A stretch of 63,997 bases of DNA, the filler included, from Lenisia limosa (Eukaryota > Protista > Breviatea), in NCBI GenBank assembly GCA_001655205.1. It is 14 parts of 14 records of this genome, joined end to end, with 100 filler letters (N's around TTAATTAATTAA, not from the genome) between each part and the next. Parts side by side here need not be neighbours in the genome. Positions count along the whole stretch, not along the records: positions 57,988 to 62,886 come from LPNZ01006204.1; positions 62,987 to 63,997 come from LPNZ01003563.1; 12 more parts are not named here. One strand, given 5' to 3'. Shown here piece after piece: positions 62,760-63,997 of this stretch. The notes beneath the pieces are model-generated. The model had not been told where the DNA came from and ran no database searches. It saw nothing but the letters and a program-made list of their open reading frames with translations. Positions within the stretch are counted from its first letter, which is position 1. The number at the start of each line of letters is the position of its first letter. The position numbers and the translations under genes are program-made.

Positions 62760-63997
62760 GTCTGGGGGTGGTATTTGAACGCTCGTGTGTTTTCAAATAT
62801 TTAGCCAACTGCACCCCCAGTTTCTTTTTTGTTTGTTTCATAAATTATCCCTTTTTGCCCACCCCCTTAGTATTCAACCCTCGTGTNNNNNNNNNNNNNN
62901 NNNNNNNNNNNNNNNNNNNNNNNNNNNNNNTTAATTAATTAANNNNNNNNNNNNNNNNNNNNNNNNNNNNNNNNNNNNNNNNNNNNCTCTGTTGGCTGAC
63001 AACACGCGAGGGTTGATAACAACAAAGCAACCCTCCCACATACATGTATGTACATTTGTGGGGTATATAGTTTGTGTGTGGGGGGAGTCATTGTAATTTT
63101 GTCTGGGAGCAGTGAGGGCATAATTTGGTTGATCGTGAAGTCCTCCTGTTTCTGTCGTTTTCTGTGGGTATTTCTTTGTGTACAGTCAACCGCCGGATCT
63201 CTATGATCCTAGTTTCAATAGAGACTGTACTGCAAAAAATATGTTGGGAGTATCATCATGGCTAATTCACTATGTTCAGAATATTCATATTCCAGCCTTA
63301 TTGAATATCGAGTTTGTACTCCTCCACTTCCTCTAATCACCCCCTCAGAACCCGCATCTCAACCAGGCATCACTTTTCGGCAGCAATTTCGAAAGTTCTC
63401 GACTTGGGCTGGCTACGTAAGGGGAGTTTCAGGGGTATCATCATAATTGTTATCATATCATCGTAATCGTCATAATCATCATAATTATCAACATCATAAT
63501 TACAAACATCATATCATCAACATTATAATCACAAACATCACACCATCAATTGAAATCACGGATGACACCTCCCAGGTATCAAGTTATGAGCGGCAGTGCG
63601 ACAATTGTCCAAACTGACTCAGAAGAATGTTGGTTTTTATTAGGCCCATAGAATTCATTTTTGTGAAATTTAAGGGGCTAAATTGGAGTTTTCGTTACAA
63701 TATCTCCCCTTTAAATTTCAAAATAATATCTCAATTAATTACACTGTGGTTTTCTGAACCCGTATCCTGACTTGATAATTGTTGACCGATTGTTCTGAAG
63801 TGAACTCTTATTTTAGCCAGTCAAGGCTTACCACAGCCACTTTTCTACATCTGTTTTTCATTATCAAATAACATTATTATCATTTTATTTATTATATTTA
63901 CAATGCCATTATTTCAATCTTAATGAGCCCATAAACTTCAACAAGAATCCTCAATATATCACAATTTTACATGGGTGTACAAAGTACAAGATTAACT

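Noticed and set aside
1-63997. CRISPR arrays, rRNA, tRNA or prokaryotic operons
   Set aside because: No regularly spaced repeat-spacer array, cloverleaf or rRNA-like sequence was seen, and all recognised genes carry spliceosomal introns.

Overview
This window is eukaryotic (protist-like) draft-genome DNA, not prokaryotic. It is about 14 unrelated scaffolds joined by artificial N-TTAATTAATTAA-N spacers, with many internal gaps at G/C homopolymers. Genes are intron-rich (GT-AG, mostly ~40-300 nt, often with a CTAAC branch point and C-rich acceptor), so the supplied ORF track is largely uninformative and I rebuilt genes exon by exon. Recognisable genes are a Giardia/Trichomonas-type ornithine carbamoyltransferase, an ankyrin protein, a C2H2 zinc-finger protein, a DUF11-repeat protein, pyrroline-5-carboxylate reductase, ADAT3/Tad3, cathepsin C, ribosomal protein uL1 (RPL10A), an ankyrin-PH protein and a penicillin-acylase-family (S45) enzyme. 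Introns are full of small repeats, including two TA-flanked MITE families. The most unusual observations are: (1) a zinc-finger gene whose exons lie in order A-C-B-D although motif and phase require A-B-C-D (a scrambled gene or a misassembly); (2) a foreign-looking 3 kb island with an RPL10A gene carrying two 23-nt introns (one GT-TG), a tyrosine-recombinase remnant, a 514-bp inverted-repeat element and a perfect 21-bp hairpin; (3) two repeat families that sit mostly sense-strand in introns and run directly into splice acceptors, like introners. All reconstructions were done by eye; no database search was run.
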